A stretch of 64,000 bases of DNA from Gloeobacterales cyanobacterium (GTDB lineage: Bacteria; Cyanobacteriota; Cyanobacteriia; Gloeobacterales; PMM-0068). The DNA lies in NCBI GenBank assembly GCA_038245785.1, contig JBBRSB010000003.1, positions 64,001 through 128,000 on the forward strand, in the 5' to 3' direction. The position numbers and the translations under genes were made by a program. Below the pieces are notes generated by a model. It was not told the DNA's origin and did no database searches. It worked only from the letters and a program-made list of their open reading frames with translations. This document shows, piece by piece, positions 59,001-64,000 of this stretch. Position 1 is the stretch's first letter. The number at the start of each line of letters is the position of its first letter.

Positions 59001-61355
59001 TTAGAAAACCTTTACTTCGCCGACAAAGAAGTATTCACCTTTTGTTTTAGCAACTCGTACGTACCGATAAGAATTACCAGAAACGACATCAGCTGTCAGA
59101 GTAGTGTCAAACCTGAGAGGTGTGCTGCCTTGAGTATATATAACTTTGTAATTAGTAAATGTTGGATCATTTGAAACTCTAATTTCGAAATTTTGTCTTG
59201 TAACTGGTTGATCATAAAAGTGTCGAGTAGTCAATTCGATACTTCTGAGGTTTTTCATTTCACCCAAATCAACCTGCCACCAAGGTAGAGTATCCTCCTC
59301 AAGCGGAGACCATCCTCCATAGGCATCATTATTGATTGCATCATCATTTGCCGTTTCAGGAAGATATGCAGAATTAAAAGATGAAGAGGCGGTGGCAGAT
59401 TTTTTGAGCGCAAGGTTTGGGAAAATAGGTAATAAGCTATTCTTAATATCTTGCTGCGCTGTTGACTGTATGCCTGCGGTATCAATAATATCCTGTACTT
59501 CATGGGGAATAGATTGCAAAGATAAGGTGGTATTATTCTGCAATGTATTTCTCGAGATACTCTCACCTCCTGATCCTGTGTCAAACGAGTTATAATAGAG
59601 GTCTTCTCCATTAGAAAAATTGTTCTCTATAGTATTGCCAAATATGGCATCATTCCAAATAAAGAGCCAATTATGTTTGTAATTAATCACAACATTATTT
59701 GAGATAGTAAATTCGCTACTGCCTAGATCAGGATAGATTGCTCCTCCATTAGTGGGTGAATTATATTGATTATAAATATAGTTTTTACTTATGACCGATT
59801 CAGGTTGAAGACCTGTTGTAAAGATTGCTCCTCCATCATTAAGAAAATTCATGAAATTATGAATTTTATTGCCTTGAATGATGTTGTTTGTAGCAGGACT
59901 TAGAATAGTGCCATCAAAACTAATTCCTACAAAAATACCTGCGTAAGGTATATCGGTAATTTCGTTGTGGATTATACGTGTATGGTCAGCGTAGCCAACA
60001 AAAATGGCAGCAGCATCATGATATTCTTGAGCTATCTTGGTAATGTAGTTATCTACGACTAAATTATTACTGACATATTTTCTTGTATCCAAGTCTTGCA
60101 CAAATTTCCAATCTGAGTTGCCAAGCTGTATTGCGCTGCCTGATATATCATCAAATCTATTATTTTCAATTGTATTGTTTTGACTGCCATCATCAAAATC
60201 TAAGGCTGCACTGCTTAAATGGCTAAAGATATTATGTTTAAAACTAATGTTTTTTGCATAGATAAAAGATATATTTCCGGGTGATTTAGAACCTATGGTT
60301 CTCCCAGATGGCTCTGTTTGAACATAAAAGCCTGTTCCTAATGATGCATAGCCATCAGATGAGTTAGGGTAGTACCAAGTCCCATACTTGAAATTCAGAT
60401 CTTGAAAAACAATGTTGTGCACTGGATTATCTACTTGGCCAGAACCAACAATCAATTTATCTAATATTGGTACAACGGCTTCTGTTTTGGCTAAATTTTC
60501 ATAGGGATGGGGTTTGTAGTAAATACATTCGTCCTTTTTGTTGTAGTACCATTCGCCAGGAGTATCCAAAAGTTCATAAGCGTTCTCTAGCCATGAAGGA
60601 TTTAAGATAGGGCGATCTTTTTGCACTGAAAGATGGAGAGAGTTACTGAAACATTGCTGGTCCATTGTAATTACCCTACCTACAATGCTAGACACTCCAC
60701 AGCGGAACGATTTAAAGAAATCAGTAGATACTATTTCTACATCGCTGACATTTTTCCACTTTTGCAGGTTCAAATCCGTAGTTGTATATCCTGTCTCTGT
60801 TCTGGTAAACCCTGTTGGGTCATCAAGGCTTCTCGCTCGGGTAGCTCTTAGCTCTCCATTATAGAATTCGCGAGGATAAGTAGTTTTGCCAAACCAGACT
60901 CGATAAATGTTTTTACTTACATCAAACAAAGACCAACGTCCAAGTCTTCTACCTCCAGAGAGCGTAACTTTAGCTCCAGGTTCTGCCCTGTAGATAATGT
61001 TATAGCCATTACTTCCTGAATCTTCAGGGCCCAACGTTAAAGGTCGATTGAGTTGATAGGTTCCGCCTTTTAGAATAACAACAATGTCTCCTATCATATT
61101 GCTATTTACGCTGCGAACGGCTGTGGCGGCTTTTTGAATCGTTTTAAATGGTTTAGCACTCGTTCCGGGCGCGGTATCAGAACCATTGGTAGCAACATAA
61201 AAATAGGTGGTTTCTGCTGCAGATGCCTTGGAAATAAGACCTTGACAGAAGATTGGAAGTATACTCAAGGAGCCTGACAGTAAGAGTTTAAGAGATGTAG
61301 ATATTGTTTTAGAAATGGTACTTTGCTGATTATGCAATGTTGCTAATGAACCCAT
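59001..61355 (-). CDS. Secreted right-handed beta-helix enzyme (GH141-like) with C-terminal F5/8 type C (CBM32-like) domain
   Basis: YVATNGSD..PGT..KPF.TI, L.GGTY, ELLDTPGEWY, DGGAI, IY.D.GS; NLALKK.A..SS, WWQVDLG, RYVRV. Confidence 0.8.
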   Translation of the reverse strand: MGSLATLHNQQSTISKTISTSLKLLLSGSLSILPIFCQGLISKASAAETTYFYVATNGSDTAPGTSAKPFKTIQKAATAVRSVNSNMIGDIVVILKGGTYQLNRPLTLGPEDSGSNGYNIIYRAEPGAKVTLSGGRRLGRWSLFDVSKNIYRVWFGKTTYPREFYNGELRATRARSLDDPTGFTRTETGYTTTDLNLQKWKNVSDVEIVSTDFFKSFRCGVSSIVGRVITMDQQCFSNSLHLSVQKDRPILNPSWLENAYELLDTPGEWYYNKKDECIYYKPHPYENLAKTEAVVPILDKLIVGSGQVDNPVHNIVFQDLNFKYGTWYYPNSSDGYASLGTGFYVQTEPSGRTIGSKSPGNISFIYAKNISFKHNIFSHLSSAALDFDDGSQNNTIENNRFDDISGSAIQLGNSDWKFVQDLDTRKYVSNNLVVDNYITKIAQEYHDAAAIFVGYADHTRIIHNEITDIPYAGIFVGISFDGTILSPATNNIIQGNKIHNFMNFLNDGGAIFTTGLQPESVISKNYIYNQYNSPTNGGAIYPDLGSSEFTISNNVVINYKHNWLFIWNDAIFGNTIENNFSNGEDLYYNSFDTGSGGESISRNTLQNNTTLSLQSIPHEVQDIIDTAGIQSTAQQDIKNSLLPIFPNLALKKSATASSSFNSAYLPETANDDAINNDAYGGWSPLEEDTLPWWQVDLGEMKNLRSIELTTRHFYDQPVTRQNFEIRVSNDPTFTNYKVIYTQGSTPLRFDTTLTADVVSGNSYRYVRVAKTKGEYFFVGEVKVF

Positions 61356-61891
61356 TTACCTGCCCCTAAAAGTGCGTAGAGGAAGAGTACCCAGCGCTTT
61401 ATAGACAATGTAAATTTTCTATAAGTTAAAAGTAGGCTTTATGTTAGTTTTCCGTAAAGTCTAATGTGACAGCTAGTGTCAAATTTAGTTTTCTATAAGG
61501 TTGAGATATGGTTCTTTTCTGTGAGATTAAAGATTCTAAAGGCATTGCATTTATTGAAATTTACTAAAGCCTTACTGTGATTATTTTCAACCCTGACCAC
61601 TTGTGCAATAGCCTATTCACTCCTGCTTATGTCTCCCACTAGATTATCGCTTGCACAGAAATGGCTATAGTAGAGCAAACGCACAAGACTAAGTGCTGAT
61701 ACGTAGATTTTGTGGATGAAGCTTGTGATTTCTGGTGCTTTTTGCTACATTTATAAGTAATTCTACGGATATAATCGCCAAAAATCACGGTTTGGGTACT
61801 GGGTAGCAACAGGCTGAATGCCGGAAGGTATGAGTCTTGCCCTGCGGGCAATAAAGTCAAAGTTATGTACGAGAATCTAGTTGGAATAGAT

Positions 61892-62197
61892 ATGCCTTCA
61901 AAATTTGCATTTTCCCTGTCTTCAACGGTGGTAGCTACTTCGGATCAAGTTTCCTCTGATTTAGCAGGAGAAGTAGTCATACTCGGTCTCAGTGCTGGTA
62001 TTTACTATGGTCTCAATGAAGTGGGAGCTAGCATCTGGAATTTGATTCAGCAGTCTAAGACCATCCAAGAAATTCAGGATGCTCTGCTGCAAGAATATGA
62101 CGTAGAAGCATCCCAATTAGAACAAGATATTTTCTCATTACTTTCAGAATTATCCGCTGTAGGACTGATCGAAATAAAAGATGAAGCTATTGTTTAA
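61892..62197 (+). CDS. PqqD-family RiPP recognition element (lasso B1)
   Basis: GEVVIL....GIYYGLNEVGA.IW.L......EI...L..EYDV. Confidence 0.88.
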   Translation: MPSKFAFSLSSTVVATSDQVSSDLAGEVVILGLSAGIYYGLNEVGASIWNLIQQSKTIQEIQDALLQEYDVEASQLEQDIFSLLSELSAVGLIEIKDEAIV

Positions 62198-62624
62198 GGT
62201 CCTGCACCTGCATAACAACGATCGCAACTTCCTTTTTAAAACTTTTATCTTGCTTAGCTTAGTGAGGTTGGGTCTGTGGCTGTTGCCCTTTCAAAAATTG
62301 CTGCACCTTTTAGGAAAGCTCGGTCACCCATCTCCTAAACAGCTGTTGAAATCCATTCCCTTAGATCGAATTGTTTGGGCCGTGAATCTGAATAGTTCTT
62401 ATACCCTGGGCAACGTCCAGTGTTTACCTCGGGCTTTGACAACGCAAGTACTCATGCGTAGCTATGGCTATGCGCCCCAACTGCGCATTGGAGTGACCAA
62501 GGGAGCACAAGGAAATCTAGAAGCCCATGCTTGGGTCGAGAACCAAGGACAGGTGGTGATTGGCTATCTCAGAGACTTTTCGCGATTTACGCCTCTGCCC
62601 TCTTTTAAAGGAAGCAAACTGTGA
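62181..62624 (+). CDS. Lasso peptide leader peptidase (B2, transglutaminase-like)
   Basis: CLPRAL, LRIGV, AHAWVE (Cys-His motifs); overlaps B1 and the cyclase. Confidence 0.9.
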   Translation: MKLLFKVLHLHNNDRNFLFKTFILLSLVRLGLWLLPFQKLLHLLGKLGHPSPKQLLKSIPLDRIVWAVNLNSSYTLGNVQCLPRALTTQVLMRSYGYAPQLRIGVTKGAQGNLEAHAWVENQGQVVIGYLRDFSRFTPLPSFKGSKL

Positions 62625-64000
62625 GTGGCATTCTCGGTATTCGCTACCTGGATGGTCGTCCATTGGGCCGTGAGTACCTAGAACGCATGGTTGATATTCT
62701 TGCCCATCGTGGACCCGATGGAGCCGCTATTTGGTGTGAAGGTTCTATCGGTCTCGGGCATCGTATGCTCTGGACCACGCCTGAGTCTCTGTTGGAAAAA
62801 CAACCCTTGGCCGATCCGTCTAGCGAACTGACTATTACAGCAGACGCTCGTATTGATAACCGAGATGAACTAATCCATGACCTAAATCTTGATTCCTATC
62901 CGTCGGAAAAAATCACAGATAGCCAATTGATTTTGGCGGCTTACCATCAGTGGGGAGAAGACTGTCCCGATAAGCTTTTGGGTGATTTTGCCTTTGCTAT
63001 CTGGGATGGTCGCAAGCAACAGCTATTTTGTGCCAGAGATCATTTTGGCATTAAGCCTTTCTACTACTACGTGTCCAATCAAACCTTCGCTTTTGCCAGC
63101 GAAATTAAAGCCCTCTTTTGCCTGCCAGAAGTCCCGCAGCAGATCAGTGAGGTCAGGATTGGCGACTACTTAGCGTCCATGTTCCATGATGGGACGAGCA
63201 CCTCCTATCAGGATATCTTCCGACTTCCTCCCGCTCATCGCATGACCGTCCGTACTAGTGGCATCCAGCTACAACCTTATTGGGCTCTGAATCCCGATCG
63301 TGAAATACGTCTAAGCTCGGATGAAGCGTATGCAGTCAAGTTTCGAGAAATTTTTACAGAAGCCGTACGCTGTCGTCTGCGGAGTGCCTTTCCGATTGGT
63401 TCCACCTTAAGCGGCGGACTCGATTCTTCCTCCATTACCTGTGTGGCAAGAGGGCTCTTGTCCGAAAAGGGAGCGCAACCCCTACACACCTTCTCAGCCG
63501 TTTTTGACAAGCTCACGGAATGCGACGAACGCAGCTACATTAACGCTGTAGTTGCTCAGGGTGGGCTCGAACCACACTACATCCAGGCAGACCAGATCAG
63601 CCCTTTGAAAGATATAGAGCAAATGTTTTGGCATCAGGATGAAGCCTTTTATGCTCCTAACTGGTGTATGGGATGGGCCTTAAATAAGGCCGCGCATCAG
63701 CAAAAAGTTCGTGTTCTCTTAGATGGCTTCGATGGCGATACGACCGTTTCCCACGGGTATGGATACTTAAGTGAATTAGCCCGCGCCGGACGTTGGCTCA
63801 CTTTGATCAAGGAAGTCAAGGGCCTCGCTCATGCGCTGGATGAATCCTTCCCTCGGTGGCTTTGGAGCTATGTAAAGCACTTCGGCATCAAAACAACGGT
63901 CTCTAGATATCGGGTTCTTCGCCTACTTCATAGGATAGGATCTTTGCTAACGTCATTTTTCCGTCGCCCAAAGAGTCAACTTTCATCGTCAGCGGATTGG
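62621..64000 (+). CDS. Lasso peptide isopeptide-forming cyclase (asparagine synthetase homolog), truncated by the window end; absent from the ORF track
   Basis: GTG 62621 reads MSGILG...LAHRGPDG, ADARIDNRDEL, GDFAFAIWD, RDHFGIKPFYY, LSGGLDSS, LDGFDGD. Confidence 0.9.
   Translation, partial: MSGILGIRYLDGRPLGREYLERMVDILAHRGPDGAAIWCEGSIGLGHRMLWTTPESLLEKQPLADPSSELTITADARIDNRDELIHDLNLDSYPSEKITDSQLILAAYHQWGEDCPDKLLGDFAFAIWDGRKQQLFCARDHFGIKPFYYYVSNQTFAFASEIKALFCLPEVPQQISEVRIGDYLASMFHDGTSTSYQDIFRLPPAHRMTVRTSGIQLQPYWALNPDREIRLSSDEAYAVKFREIFTEAVRCRLRSAFPIGSTLSGGLDSSSITCVARGLLSEKGAQPLHTFSAVFDKLTECDERSYINAVVAQGGLEPHYIQADQISPLKDIEQMFWHQDEAFYAPNWCMGWALNKAAHQQKVRVLLDGFDGDTTVSHGYGYLSELARAGRWLTLIKEVKGLAHALDESFPRWLWSYVKHFGIKTTVSRYRVLRLLHRIGSLLTSFFRRPKSQLSSSADW

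Noticed and set aside
61818..61852. GCCGGAAGGTATG plus small hairpin before lasso B1 as a fourth leader copy
   Set aside because: Only a partial match to the 12-mer, with no P1/P2 hairpins upstream
61356..61891. Lasso precursor upstream of B1, including the 61639-61860 minus-strand ORF
   Set aside because: No short ORF with a YxxPxL...G....T leader and a plausible ring-forming core was found

Overview
Bacterial chromosome segment, most likely from a cyanobacterium (inference from cyanobacterial-style short dispersed repeats, an SphR-like Pho box, comB and a cyanobacterial-type lasso cassette; HIP1 octamers looked sparse by eye). It opens with housekeeping genes (end of leuA, argJ, an alkaline phosphatase, tRNA-Gly). 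About 55 kb of surface-polysaccharide genes follow, in three long transcription units: a minus-strand wzx-UGM-GT-wbaP unit (13962->4876), a plus-strand wza-wzc-wzy-GT unit (25023->43999) and a plus-strand FkbM-GT-wbaP-wzx-wzy unit (47461->58831). Large secreted glycan-active proteins (DUF4082 pair, GH-A, GH79, beta-helix) are interspersed. The window ends in a lasso-peptide B1-B2-cyclase cassette that runs off the edge. The most striking unannotated signal is a ~90-100 nt leader present once in front of each of the three polysaccharide units. It has two covarying hairpins followed by an ops-like GG-N8-TG 12-mer and is a candidate JUMPstart/EAR-like antitermination element. Other notable items are a secreted 20-aa-repeat protein with a frameshifted single-repeat paralog, a eukaryote-type UDP-galactopyranose mutase and a ParB/NDK/nucleotidyltransferase-like fusion. 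All family calls come from motif recognition by eye, not from database searches.
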